Part shown: piece by piece, positions 1 to 19,949 of the stretch
How positions within the stretch are numbered: position 1 is the first letter of the stretch
How the letters are laid out: every line of letters begins with the position of its first letter
NCBI GenBank assembly: GCA_002269645.1
Contig: NIVC01001032.1
Span: 1-62,008 of the forward strand
Source: Macrostomum lignano
Taxonomy: Eukaryota
Reading direction: 5' to 3'
DNA length: 62,008 bases
Notes under the pieces: generated by a model
Database searches by the model: none
Told to the model about the DNA's origin: nothing
Seen by the model: the letters and a program-made list of their open reading frames with translations, nothing else
Made by a program: the position numbers and the translations under genes

Positions 1-88
1 GTTTCTATAAATAGTCAAAGGCAATAATATTTACCAAAAACATTTGTGGCAGATTAAAAAAAGCGCTTATTTTTTAGGCAGTCTACAG

Positions 89-3000
89 ACTTCTAGTGAC
101 AACGATTGGTCCTACGTCGCCATTGTGATCGAAGCTGAGGACGGAGCAGTGAGGCTGTCCCAAGCTCTAGTCGATGTCCAAGGCCGATCAAAAGTCTGCT
201 TCCCGATCGTCATCCACTCACGTCCAGTAATGCGACGGCAGCTGCAAAAGCTCTCAGGAACTTCGTGTATCCCGACATTCCCCGACTGCACTGTCGTATA
301 TTCCGGATCCGGGAGCACATTTCTGTCGCTCTGGACCTCGTCACGGGCTTGGATGCATTGACAGCCGACTTGGAAAAGAGATATCAGCTTGTGCTGGTTG
401 GAGACGCTCTGGAAGCTTCTACCGAGCGACCAACTCGACGAGACGGCGACACTTTGGTCTCGGAACACTTTTTGTGTTTCCAGGAGTTCTTGACCCGAAT
501 CCGGCGTCGGACAGTCTAGCGGTGCTTCTGAAAAACATCAGCAGCACACCCGGAATCGATGGGAGAGTTTCACCGACTTACGGACACTTGTCACGACTGC
601 AGCATTTCAAGAGCACAACAAGTGAGCAGTGCGACTGGACGAAATTCGGTGACCTGTGCTACACCCAAGCACTGATTTACGACTTCAGCTGCTGTCATTC
701 TTGCCGCTCATTGGCTCCGCCCTCGACTTTTCGCCAAGCGGAGTGGCGAGTCTCCGCCGGAAGAGCGTCAGTTTGTCCGGTTTACTGCCGTTCTTGAGTG
801 CGCGTTTTGACGCGCGTTTTCGCAAAACTTCACCGACTACTCACTCGCCAGAGGCTTGAGCCACAGAGATCGAGGCTTTTGGCAACCGATCGTAAAAGTG
901 TACCAAGCCGGTTTGATTACGATCGGAGGCGATCCTGGAAAAGCTGGCGAGTTAAGGATAGTGCAGGCCGGCTCAGCGAACCAGAACTACGAGTGGGACT
1001 TGAGCACGATGCCCGAGCTGTACGAGTTCAGGGGCGGAAATCCTGACAATCTTCCTGTTAAGGCAGTCAGTGGCAGCTCCGTGTGCCCGCGGAGCTGCCC
1101 CGAGTGCTCAAAGTATCGAGGCAAGCAGTCTGTTGAGTATCAGTTCGGCGACCTTACATTGGCGCGTTGATCCCAGTGTTTAATAGGGCAACGGATGTGT
1201 ACAAATGCAGCGACGGGAACTTTGATGAGCAATCGACTGAGTGGTCTACAGCTTTTCGATACGTTATTAAACTTGCGGCTTGGGCCAGCGAAGGCGGCGC
1301 AACTCCACCCCCTGGCGTTGATGCCTCCCTGGTTGATAAACAGTTCATGCTCGACTGAGGGACCTAGTCTCGAAGGTTCAGCGAGTCGAGTACTAAGCTA
1401 AAATGGGGCTACGTAATTCTTGACAGTTGCTATTCAGCGCCCTCCTGACGAACAGGCTAGCTTTGTTGCTAAATGGCAAGCTGGAGCCTTTAACTGGGCT
1501 TAACTATACCAAGTTCGTAGGCTTTATTGGAAAGCCTCCAGCACTCAAAACGATGGCGGCTAGCCAGGTGCTCAAGCAATACAGCCTGCCTATTATTAGC
1601 TTTGCGTCAACATCAACAGCTCTGAGCGACGTCTTTCAATATCCGTTCACAATGAGGACAGTGTCATCAGACAACGAGATTATTGAGGCTATGATGACTA
1701 TACTAAGGCACTACAATGTCGATTTGATTACAGTTGCTTATGCACCAAACGCTTACGGCTTATCGCTTCGCGACGCAATGTTGACCAGAGCCAACCGAGA
1801 TGGAGTCTGCATCGCCAAACTGCTGGTACTGAATTGCGCTTACACAGATACGGTCTGCAAAAGAAATCTAGCAAACGATATGCGCAGGCCAGGAACTCGA
1901 TATGTAGTATTTCTATGCGACTCCGTCGACCTCGCCGCATTTCTTAACTACACTGAGGTAAAACGTTTTTAGGTTTCGAATCTCCATATTTTCTTTTGAA
2001 TTTTTTTAGCACCTAATCTATCCATGGTTTCAATTTTTAGGTGGAATCAGACCTCGAATTTATAAATATTTTGGCAACTGAAGACATCGACGAGGTGATG
2101 TTTACGGGAAAAAACAATCTCGGTGTGGGAACCACCATGGTGCAGCTGGTCTCCGCTCCTGAGCCGGGATTCCTCAACTACCTCAACTACTCGCTGACAC
2201 GCATGCCCCCGAACTCCAACAACTTGTCCCAGTGGGACCGACTGTACTTCGAGCTGGTGCACCAGTGCTACCTCACGGACAGCTTTGTGCGCAGTGATAA
2301 GTACACCCAGCCGTGCTTGCCCAGCATCGTCGCGTCGCATCACATTCGCCAGCTCGAGTCCCGATCCGTGTTCGTCATGACGGCGACTCAGACGCTGATC
2401 CTCGGTTGCCTGACGGCAATCGACTACTTGTGTCCGGTGGTGACGCCCGAGCCGGCGTGTCCGAACTTCTTCAAAGGCGACAGCGTCACACAGGAGCAGC
2501 GAGCCAACCTCATCATGTACGGCAGCCGGCTGAAGCCGTCCGGAACCACAGCGCAGCGGTTCTCGGCAAATACGGAGGCGAGGAGTGGTCCTTCCAGAAG
2601 ATCTTCGAGAACCGGATGGGTCGGACGCCGATGCGGCTGATGCAGTACCGGAAGATCGGCTCGGCGGAGTACCGCTTCGTGCAGGTGAGTGTCTCACTAT
2701 TTTTGAATCGCGTGTGGGAACTTTTTGGGAGAGTTTAGTCACGACAATATTCGAAATGTGTAATGAAGAAACTACCGTACCAAGAAATATTTATTGACAC
2801 TGATTCATTTCTTAATGAGGTAGGGAATGAAGAGCAAAGTTTTTTATTCAGTTTATTTTAGAAAACCATGAGGTGGATTTCTGTATTTAGGTATTTAGAC
2901 AAATGGATACGTACATGCATTTAGTGGTAAAATGAGCATTAACACAGGAATCTACGGAGTATTATTTTCGTTAGACGAGCGTATGATGGGCGCCCAATCC

Positions 3001-3553
3001 GCTGTCTCCGGAGCTCCTCAATACTGTTCGCAGGCAGGCACGCCCACACAGACTTTTGACATTTGATTTTTCTTTGCCACCCCAAAATCAACCCAGTTCG
3101 GCCTATTCGACGGCGTGAGCAAATCGAATTTCGCTGAGTCAGCTGAGAAGCTGTTTGCTCAAGAGCGTCAAGTCAACCCGAGTCCAGCCAAAGTCTGTCG
3201 TCGGCGGAAGATTGCGGCCATCCCAAATGCGTGAACAGCATCAGCCAGTCGGCTGCATCAACCGAATCGGGCGTCATCACTCCCAGACCTGCACCGTCGC
3301 CTGCGCTTGGCCTCCTAGGCCTTCTATTCCTTCCGGAGTTCTTGTGGGAGTGATCATCTTTTGGTGCCTTCGGCGGCTGATCCCTAATTTTGGGAGCAGC
3401 GAGTCGGATTACGCCTACGGTGATAGAGCGACCACCGAATTGCCTGAAGTTTCTACGATGGGGCGAGAGAATAGAGATTCAGGTTTGTACGATACCGCCT
3501 TTGACACGGGCACAGAATCGGGCCGTGCTCTGCCAGCGATCAAAGCGTACTAA
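89..3553 (+). pseudogene. VFT (ANF-receptor/mGluR-like) single-pass receptor, copy 1; frameshifted; exons ~89-1957, 2041-2684, 3097-3553; 5' end upstream of window
   Basis: Near-identical to 8067-10676 over two blocks but broken by many 1-2 nt deletions (e.g. gtgacaacg vs gtgaccaacg). ORF pieces carry LPIISFASTSTALSD..YPFTMRTVSSD (mGluR VFT motif). GT-AG junctions at 1958/2040 and 2685/3096. Last exon has a hydrophobic stretch (GVLVGVIIFWCL) and a Tyr-containing tail ending TAA 3553. Could be an intact gene with assembly errors. Confidence 0.75.
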
Positions 3554-5663
3554 GGACTGGTGCTCACTTGATCGGACTAACCGAACAAGTTAATACGACG
3601 CTGAAATGTCACTCTGTTGTTAATTTAACCTAATAACTGATTCGGGTCCAGGGAAAACTGAAAGAGAACTTTATTTTTTTCTTAGAAATGCTCTGGAGGC
3701 AGGTAAGGAACGTGCGTTTGTCGCGTCGCTAGTGTACCCTTTCTACTGCGAATGTGCCACAAGTAGTTTTAACTGTAGCCAATCGGTCTAGGGCTCCGCG
3801 TCTGCCCCTTTTTTACAGTCAGTTTTGTCAAATTGCTCATTGTAAAGCTGAAATATCTTCCATCAATTCAGACGGTTTATGGGAGCACTTGGTGCAATGT
3901 GGATTAAGTTCCGACAACCAGTCTTTTTAAACCGGCAGTTTGCTTTCAATTCAAAAAGTTTATATTCGATTTAATTCCGAGAATGGACTATATACTGTAT
4001 ATCCGAATCCAGTTGTTTAATTTATGGCCAAGACTGCTAGAAGTTTGTATACCCATATACTGTCAGTGGCTTGAATTGAAAATTTCACCTATTTTCGAAT
4101 GAAGCTAAGGATGAAACCAACCAAATTGTCTGAGTTGAATAAAAACTGTTTAAATGGAAGGCAAAATGTCGGTTAAGAAAGCTTGGTTGCGGGAAATGAA
4201 TGCACATTGCACCAGGTGCTACCATAAACCGTCTCTGAATTGAATGAAAATATTTCAACTTTGACAGCACATTTAACAAATTTGAATGGAAAGGTGTAGA
4301 ATCTCAGCATGCAAGTACGCTCGTAAGTAAGCCCAGATTTGGTAACCATGCATATGCGGCACAGTTTATGTCAAAGAGAGCAACTTCAACAACAACCGAA
4401 AAATGGGGCAGCGTAGAATCAATAACTGAATAGTAAACAGTCGAGCTAAAAAATTCTACAATTCTACATTGAAATTTTACAAGTGTCATCTTGTGTAAAA
4501 ACAACAAAAATTTTTTATAGCCAGGAGAGACTATTGCTGCTATCGTTTAGGGTAACTGTTTATTTATCAGTATAACCGTGAGTCGATCATATATCACATG
4601 CATTACATTTTATCTGCATCTTTTCAAAATTTTGCAACCTGTAAATTTAAAGTAGTGAATTGTTTTTTTTCTAATAATGCGATTACCATAGAATTTTTTA
4701 AACATCAAGGGCTGGCCAAGGCAGGCCAAAAAGTGCACCATTTTTTGTATAAAAGTACAGATTCTTATGCACTTTAATATATGAGTCATTTAACAGATAC
4801 TCGAGAGACAGAGAATCTGAAAATCTGTTGGTATCAAAACAGAATGATTTGAATATTGTGTTGCATTTATTTATTATTTATTCGACGAAACCAACTAAAC
4901 TATTTGAACCTGCAGGTGTTATGCCGTAGCTTCTATTCAAGCCAAGGACACACTCTATTTGTTAAACTTTCTAGATATATAAGGATTTTACGTTTAAACT
5001 AGATGATACATTTTTAAATTGAATCAGTCGGGTACTATACTGCCTACTGGATCGTTCGTTATTAGTAGCATTCTCTAATTGCAAAAGTGCCTGCAATAAG
5101 AAAATGAAGAAACTATCAATATTAAACTACATCGTAAATTGACCCTCTGAAGCTGCAGTTAGATTATTTTTAATTGAGACATTATAACAAGACAAAAAGT
5201 GAGTCAAATATACGAATTAATGTTTTAAATCCTTGTTGTCGACCTATATTTATCCGCGTAATATCGTCAAAAATATTTACTACGCTTGAATATTTTTGGT
5301 ATGGAGCGAAAACAGGCTAAGATTAGCCAAGGGCTGGACCATTCGTCCCACGCAATGTGAGGGTAAATAATGCTCGCACGAAAGAGATGAAAAGCTCGGT
5401 TTGGTTAGAAAAAAGATAGGTGAGAGAGAGGTAGGAATTAGAACGACAATAGCTCACTCTGAAAAGCAGGAGTTGAGGGGCAGAAATTTCTTTAGTTGTT
5501 GTTCACTATAACCAAACAACTTAACGAAAAGAGACATAAAAACGAATTGCATTACACATTGAGCAGAGGCTCCGTAGCTGACTATTTTCTGAAGGCTGTG
5601 CTTTTCGTTCATTTGAAACGCAGAATTGAGTCCGATCAAGTCCCAGGTCGGCGAACGTTTCAG

Positions 5664-12027
<6,364 letters not shown>

Positions 12028-12455
12028 CAAACAGTCAATTGAGTCCAATTTCAAACCATAATTAGTGAGAATAGTTAAGTTTTATATATCACATCTACTT
12101 GCTCTGTTCAGTGAACGTGTCAAGTGTTATCAATTTGCCTCAATAATTCATGCATTTTCTTAACTTTGATACCCATAAATCATTGACGTACTACTTTTTT
12201 AAAATTCGGGTTGATGTATAGATTTATGAGGGTCTCTTTAGCCCAGTGGTTTAGTGAATTTGCGGCAAGCATGATCTGTCATGCAAGTTAAGCTTAGTTT
12301 GGCCGCAGTTAGTACTTGTGCGCAGATGAATAGGCTGCTCGCATGAGCAAGAGTTTAGTGGGATGATAGATTTCGACGAAATTAGAAACTAGTTTGGTAG
12401 TTTTTAGTTGCTAAAATAAAAAAACTGATGTCAATATGTGACGTTGTCAGTTTAA

Positions 12456-13219
12456 GGTGGTCCCGAAAAGGGCCGTTGGACTGCTGTTCTCCATAGTCAT
12501 TCAACCCTTCAGTTTCACCGTTTCAACTAAACTTTTCCATTCGTTTATTGCGACGTTTACTTGTAGTAGTGCCCAACGATTTTGTGGCAAATTATAATTC
12601 ATTGTATATTTTGCTATCCTCTCTCGCAACCGTATAAAATTGGCACGATCGATAATTTTAAGTTCTCTCGCCAGCCAATGAAATCACTCGTGCTCGCGCT
12701 ACCCCCCTCTGCGCTCTTTTATTAAACCCCCCCCCCCGCCTGGCGGCGGCACGCCCCGCTTGTTCCTTGTTTCCTTCCCTGCGGCCTCTTAGCTGTCTTA
12801 TCTGTTTGTCTGGCTGCCTCGAGCCTCCTTATTTCTCACCACGGCCCTTCTGTCTGGGCCAGCCTGCTCACACACTTACTTGACTGTTTCACGCCACGAC
12901 CGGCGCCAAACTCGCCACTACGTTTCACTGCCTTCACTGTGCTCATAGCCACTGCTCACGTCACGTCGCCATTGTGTCATTCGCCTGCCACTTGACTTCA
13001 TATCCAAATTATATTCAACCCATTGTTGCAGCCGCCAGTGCCCAGAAAGCTATAGTCTGTTTATTGCCAGTAACAACCAAACTTAATACTGATATTAACA
13101 ATAAAGACAACTACGGCAGTTCCTGCCTTTATCGCCAAGTGCTCCGCTACAAAATCCGCTTTACAAGAATTGACTTCAACTTATTTTGGGACTAAAACGG
13201 CCCTTTTAAGGGTCACCGC
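12456..13219. mobile_element. TIR-bounded element (~760 bp)
   Basis: ggtggtcccgaaaagggccgtt (12456-12477) is an imperfect inverted match to aacggcccttttaagggtcaccgc (13196-13219). Confidence 0.45.
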
Positions 13220-13267
13220 ATAGCTGGCCGCTACGCCAATAACGTGACAAATAGTTCAGTAAATTTT

Positions 13268-13815
13268 GTTTCTAAAAATAGAACTGGCGTCAATAGTTTA
13301 ATGACTTCAGTATAGATGTACTTTTGACTTTTTACTTCCTATATACTAAATCCACCTATACTAAATCCAATATACTAAAAATCAAAACTATGTACCTACC
13401 TACCTATCTATATATGTATAGGAACTTTTAAATATACTAAAAATGGTCTGTCGGTAGGTATCTATAGGTAGGTAGGTATGCGATCGATTTCAGAAAAAAC
13501 GGCCCAATCGATTTTCTTCGAACTTGCACCATTCGATCAGAAATTTTTCCGTGACGGTACATGTGTCGTGGCTTCCAGCAGAGTTGAAATGCATTGTATG
13601 AATGCTAGAGAAAATTCAATGCTAAAAATAGAAACTGACGTCACTAGTTCGATAGTTTTGTTTCATAAAATAGAACTGACGTCAATAGTTTAATGACTTT
13701 AAAACTAAATATAGAATCTGACTTAAATAGTTCAGTAGTATTTTGTTGCTAAAAATAGTAACTTACGTCTCTAGTTGAGTCATTATTAGTATCTGAAAAA
13801 TTGCAACTGACGTCC
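13268..13815. repeat. Dispersed short repeat AAAATAGAACTGACGTCAATAGTT (about 5 copies, one more near 12410)
   Basis: Copies near 13275, 13622, 13667, 13750, 13795; core TGACGTCA palindrome. Confidence 0.7.
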
Positions 13816-14412
13816 AACGCCAGCTTGATACAATGTAAAAGTCCAGCATGAAGTTCATGGAGTTGTGTATCCGTATGGACTGCAGTTCTTAATGGTTATA
13901 GCGTTTCTACATTTCACCGTATTAAGCAAACAGTAAAGCGAAGAATATGCACGATTCGGTTTGTTTATTAAATCCACCTCGTGAAACCCCACGAGAGTGA
14001 ACACTGCGAATAATTGCACACACTGTAATTTCCAAGTTCAATTTTAAATTTAATTCTCCATTGGCTCAGATGTGTTTACGAGCGCACGAAAAATCTTCTG
14101 CTGAAGATAATAGATAGATAGCGATCAGTTACCACTTTCTTAATCCACAAGTCCGACTGTGCACTCGATAGGAGCCAGCTAAATTCGCGCTGGACAGAAA
14201 GAAAAGAAGCCACACAGCTGCTGGCGAAAGTTTCACGAAACACAAAACTCTGTCGTCATAAACAGCTAAACAGCTGTATCTTGTTTCAAATTTTCTTTCT
14301 TGCTTAGCTTGTTAAAAAGCAGCAAATTCGCATTGTCCAACGCATTTCACTGATATCTCTGCGATTTGAATTTCACTTGGCATTTGAAATCTTGAAAGAG
14401 TATTCGTGCAAC

Positions 14413-17400
14413 ATGGCAGTAAGGGTGAGTGCAGTGGGAATTCTATAGTAATTTATTGACTATGAGCAGGCACACACTTTGTGCCTTTCTTCTCTATCCT
14501 TCTCTCTATCCTTCCCTCTCTATCCTTCCCTCTATCCTTCCCTCTGTATCCTTCTCTCTATCCTTCCCTTTCTATCCTTTTCTCTCTAACCTTCCCTCTC
14601 TATCCTTTTCTCTCTAACCTTCCCTCTCTATCCTTCTCTCTCTATCCTTCTCTCTATCCTTCCCTCTCTATCCTTCTCTCTCTATCCTTCCCTCTCTATC
14701 CTTCTCTCTCTATCCTTCTCTCTATCGTTCTATCTCTATCCTTCTCTCTATCCTTCCCTCTGTATCCTTCTCTCTATCCTTCCCTCTCTATCCTTCCCTC
14801 TCTATCCTTCCCTCTCTATCCTTCCCTATTATCCCATTCCCTCTCTGCTTTTCCCTCTCTGCTTTTCCTTCTCTTCCCTTTCCAACTGACGACAGTCTGC
14901 AATACTTAAACAATTCATACATTATGCCTACAACAAAAGAACGAATACAACTGAAGGATTGGTAGGCCTAAAAACGGCTAGCTATATGCATTACATTTTC
15001 AGTGCGACACCGATCCAATATTGGGAAACGAACAGCGGCTAAAGAATCAAAAGGTAAGTTTATCGTCAAGTGGGTATCAATCAAATCGCTTTCATTGCCG
15101 CTGAATGTTTAAAACAATCATTCAGTTGTGTACACTCGCACTAGAACTACTTTTTATTGTACTTGCAGCAACTGGTTCAACAGCTTCATGTGCAGCTGAA
15201 GTCCTACAACGAAGCGTTTAGACGTGAGTGAATCAAAATAAGCTCAGATGGGAGAAATCAGCGATAAGAGAGGACAGCGCAAGAGAGGAGAAATGTTAGT
15301 TATGAGATATGAGAGGCATCAGGTAAGAGAGATGAGATCGGAGAGATGAGATCAGAAAGAGATGAGGTCGGGGAGAGACGAGATCGAAGAGAGATGAAAT
15401 CGGAGAGATGAGGTCGGGGAGATGAGATCGGAGAGAAATGAGATCAGAAGGAGATGAGGTCGGGGAGAGATGAGATCGTGGACAAAAGATTGGGGGACAT
15501 GAGATCGGGAAGAGGTAAGATCGAATAGAAGTGAAATAGGAGAGATGAAATCTGCAGACGAGATCAGAAACTGGCCCCACGCTCGAACCTTTAACCCTCC
15601 CGCGAGAAGGCTTCATCACGGCTGAGAAGTACTTCTTCGACGCTCTGGACAACATGTGCGAGGCCAACTGGGAACTCAAAGCAGACTTCACCGCTTCTCT
15701 TAAGGTAAATTTTATATAACTTTTTTGTCAAATCAAAGCAAAAAGTTCTCCTACTTACAGTAGCTATATTAACATTTAATAATTTGATTCCAGGCAATGC
15801 AAAATATTGCCGAAAGTGGAGCGAGAAATTTGGAAACGATTCCTGTTGAGGAAACTATCGTGTTTCGCGACCAGTTCGGTCCATACGAGGTAAATAGCGC
15901 AAAGCAGTGCAAGTGTGGTTCTCGCTGCAAAATGCACCGATAGAGATAGGTATCGTTTTTAGATATTTTGCAAAAATTTCACAAAATCTCACCCTTTAGA
16001 TTCCATTGTGCATCTGTGTCACCTTGTAAGCCTCTCTCACCTTCTGTCACCCCCTGTAACCCTTTGTCACCCTAGGTAACCCTCTGTAACCCTTTGTAAC
16101 ACTCGGCAACCTTCTTTTACCCTTTGCCACCCTCCGTCACCATCCGTCACCATCCGTCCTCCTCTGTCACCATCCGTCACCATCCGTCACTCTCTGTCAC
16201 CCTCTGTCACCGTCTGTCACACTCTTTCACCATCCGTCACCCTCTGTCACCATCCGTCACCCTCTGTCACCATCCGTCACCCTCTGTCATCATCCATCAC
16301 CCTCTGTCACCATCCGTCTTCCTCTGTCCCCATCCGTCACCCTCTCTGTCACCATCCGTCACCATCCGTCACCCTGTCACCCATGGACAGCTGAATTTAT
16401 CATTCAGCGCTATGCGTTCTCTAGGAGACCCGAATGCAAACATCGATTTAGTCTATGGCAACACTCAATTAAACGCTAAGTAAAACAGGTGAGATTTCTA
16501 GGTGACAAATTCCTATCTCACTGGTGCATTCTCTGCAACTCAAACCGGCCTTTAATTCTCTTTAATCATCGAATAAAAATGTAACTCTAAGTATTGAAGC
16601 GGACTCAAACTCAGAATTACTCAACCAACAAATACAGAAGGAGATTCAGGACTACAAAGACAAGCAGAAGGTGGCCGACGCGGCCGAAAGAAAACACTTG
16701 GCCTACGGTAAAAAGAAGAACGCTGATTCCGACGAGTTAAGAAAGGTTTGCCAAATTTTACTATAAGTAGCTTATCAGTAGTGCGATTGAGCATGAGCTT
16801 TAAATTTAAAAAAAATTATAAAAATTTCTTAGCTCGAATTAGCAGCCTACGAGAAGAAGACTTCGCTGGGAATTTCTCGAAGGAAACTCGCAGATGAGTT
16901 GCCAACGTTCTACAAGTCGTAAGACTTTGCCATGACAACTAACTTTTAAGGCAATAAATTCACGAGACGAAGTTGATTCTATATGCTAGTTATTCGATTT
17001 CAGGAGGATGGATTATTACTCAACTTTCTGGCGATCCGTGTTTCAAATTCGAGCAGATATTGCCAGGGCTGAGTGCGAGGTGAGGTTGGAGTGTGAGGAA
17101 TGTGGGTTTACAGTGTGGGGAGTGTGGGTTGGAGTGTGGGAGTGTGGGTTGGAGTGTGGGGTTGGAGTCTGGGGAGTGTGGGTTGGAAGTGTGGGGTGCA
17201 TGGGATCAGAGTGTGGGGAGTGTGGGGTTGGAGTGCGGGAGTGTGGGGTTGGAGTGCGGGAGTGTGGGGTTGGAGTGCGGGAGTGTGGGGTTGGAGTGCG
17301 GGGAGTATGGGTTGGAATGTGGAAAGTGTGGGGTTGGAGTGTGTGGAGTCTGGGGTTGGAATGTGGAAAGTGTGGGGTTGGAGTGTGAGGAGTGTGGGGT

Positions 17401-19286
17401 TGGAGTGTGAGGAGTGTGGGGTTAGAATGTGGAAAGTGTGGGGTTGGAGTGTGTGGAGTCTGGGGTTGGAATGTGGAAAGTGTGGGGTTAGAATGTGGAA
17501 AGTGTGGGGTTAAAGTGTGTGGAGTCTGGGGTTGGAATGAGGAAAGTGTGGGGTTGGAATGTGGAAAGTGTGGGGTTGGAGTGTGTGGAGTCTGGGGTTG
17601 GAATGTGGAAAGTGTGGGGTTGGAGTGTGAGGAGTGTGGGTTTCTGGTGTTTGTGCTGGTTTTAACATGGAGGTACAGGCATTTAACTTATAGATCTAAG
17701 CAGTGCAAACGACACCCCACACAATCCAGACTCTGGACCAGTTGATAGACTCGGTGCGCCATTTCGATGTCACCAGGAGTCAAGTGTAAGCTAAGTGTTC
17801 AACTGCATCTGATTTAGGAGAACGGTCATTCAGAAAGTACATAATCAGCACTTTAAAAACTCCTTAAGTGACACGGCTTCGCTCTTGACTGGTCAGCACG
17901 TGACCCAGGGACGGATGGCTGCCAGCAGCAGCTCGGTAAGCTTGTGCATCTCCTGTCTTTCCTGTTCTTCCTTCCCTCACTTTGCCTACCTCCCCACTCC
18001 CTCCCAGCCTCCATGGCCGCTCCTACTCTGCATCTGTTTCCCTCTCTCACCCTCTCACTCTTTCCCTCTCTCACCCTCTAACCCTCTCTCAATACCTCAA
18101 TCTCTCTCACCCTCTTACTCTCTCTCATCTCTCAACCTCTCTCACCCTGTCATCCTCTTTCTCCCTCTCACCCTCTTTCCTCAATCTCTCTCACTCTCTA
18201 ACCCTCTTTCACTCTCTCACCCTCTCTCACTCTCTCACCCTCTCTCACTCTCTCACCCTCTCTCCTCAATCTCTCTCACCCTCTAACCCTCTTTCACCCT
18301 CACTCACTCTCTCACCCTCTCTCACTCTCTCACCCTCTCTCACCCTCTCTCACTCACTCACCCTCTCTCACCCTCTAACCCTCTCTCAATACCTCAATCT
18401 CTCTCACCTCTCAACCTCTCTCACCCTGTCATCCTCTTTCTCCCTCTCACCCTCTCTCCTCAATCTCTCTCTCTCTCTAACCCTCTTTCACCCTCTCTCA
18501 CTCTCTCATCCTCTCCACCTTCTCTCACTCTCTCATCTCTCACCCTCTCCCACCTTCTCACCTACTCTCGCTCTCTCTCACCCTCTAACCCTCTCTCAAT
18601 ACCTCAATCTCTCTCGCCCTCTTACTCTCTCTCATATCTCAACATCTCTCACCCTGTCATCCTCTTTCTCCCTCTCACCCTCTCTCCTCAATCTCTCTCA
18701 CCCTCTCACTCTCTCAAGCTCTCTCACGCTCTAACCCTCTTTCACCCTCAGTCACTCTCTCACCCTCTCTCAATCTCTCTCACTCTCTCACCCTCTCTCA
18801 CTCTCAGCCTCTCTCACTCTCTCACCATCTCACCATCTCTCATCCTCTCCAACTTCTCACTCTCTCTCATCTCTCACTCTCTCACCCTCTTACCCTCTCT
18901 CTCAGCTAGAATTTCACTCACCCATTAGCTCCCTCTCGCCTATCCCTGTCAGGAGGGTCAACCTCTTAGATGTAATTTAGCTGCACCTACTGACCACTTT
19001 CACCAGCAGTTCTGACAGCTAGACCTCTCCTCGCGCCTAATTGTAACTCCCGCAGTCAGCGGTGACCTCCGAATTGGTCCCCACGGAGCTCAGAGACGAC
19101 TGCCAGGCCGGTCTGGCCGCTAACGGTGGTCGAATTCACCGAGTTCCAACATTCGGCGGCGACGACTTGGCTGGCGCCGACCGGAGCTCGAATTCTTCAA
19201 GGCAGCCGGTGCATGGAGCGGCGAAACGAGATCGATATCCGTCTAACTCGGATGAAGAGGACAAATACGCTGATTACGAGCAGTGA
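14413..19286 (+). CDS. BAR-domain (amphiphysin/BIN-like) protein, ~314 aa, 11 exons: 14413-14424, 15003-15053, 15169-15223, 15568-15704, 15794-15889, 16638-16745, 16833-16918, 17004-17079, 17730-17783, 17897-17935, 19056-19286
   Basis: All junctions GT-AG and phase-compatible (945 nt total). Helical sequence with LADELPTFYKSRMDYYSTFWRSVF, resembling the ELPxLxxxRxxFY helix of N-BAR proteins, then a low-complexity acidic tail. Last three junctions are less certain. Confidence 0.7.
14486..14880. repeat. CT-rich repeat (ctctctatccttc)
   Basis: Direct inspection; intronic. Confidence 0.9.
16040..16385. repeat. 10-mer minisatellite (caccatccgt/caccctctgt)
   Basis: Direct inspection; intronic. 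Confidence 0.9.
17083..17640. repeat. GT-rich minisatellite (gagtgtggggttg variants)
   Basis: Direct inspection; intronic. Confidence 0.9.
18040..18903. repeat. CT-rich repeat (ctctcaccct)
   Basis: Direct inspection; intronic. Confidence 0.9.
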
Positions 19287-19738
19287 AAGCAGAGATTTGG
19301 ATCAAGAGGAAACTTTGAACTAAAAAACACTTTTTTGGATAACAGTAGTGCACTAAAGATATGAACATACTTTTTAACTTTAAATTCAAATTTTATATTC
19401 TAGCTGCTTTCTTCAAAGCCATTTTTCGGCTTCTGCAAAATAATAAAAGACGAGGCAGGTCGGGGCTCAGGGCTCGTTTCCACTTAAAAATAATCGTAAC
19501 ATTAAATAAGTCAATGAAAGTACCAAAATGGTCGCTACTCTCGTAATACCGCTTTTTTACTGCTGTAAATTGGAGAGTTATAACTATTTTTCGATACATA
19601 TCGGCTTCATAAAAAGTGCATAAATACCGGTAAATTAAACAGGAGTGTGAATAAATTAATTTATAAGAAAAAAGATAGTTGAAATCTTGTCAATACGTTG
19701 ATACTTATGATACTTCAGAGATTAATCGAAAAAAAGTA

Positions 19739-19811
19739 TGATCTCGCCCAGGCCCGAACTGGGGACCTTCTGTGTGTTAGACAGATGTGATAACCACTAC
19801 ACCACGAGATC
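19739..19811 (-). tRNA. tRNA-Val(AAC), atypical T-loop (G58)
   Basis: Minus strand GATCTCG TG GTGTAGTGGTTATCAC A TCTGT CTAACAC ACAGA AGGTC CCCAG TTCGGGC CTGGG CGAGATC A. Perfect 7-bp acceptor stem, 5-bp anticodon and T stems, T7 Pol III terminator immediately downstream. Confidence 0.85.
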
Positions 19812-19949
19812 TTACAGGCAAGGGGGTTATAAACAGGTATAAATTTGTTGCAAAAGTTTTTTTCGTGTAGGATTAACAAAATTTTCTTAGCTAGTATCTC
19901 TACCTATCTTCTCTCTTAACCGACGCGATGTTTGTCTGTCTGTATGTAG

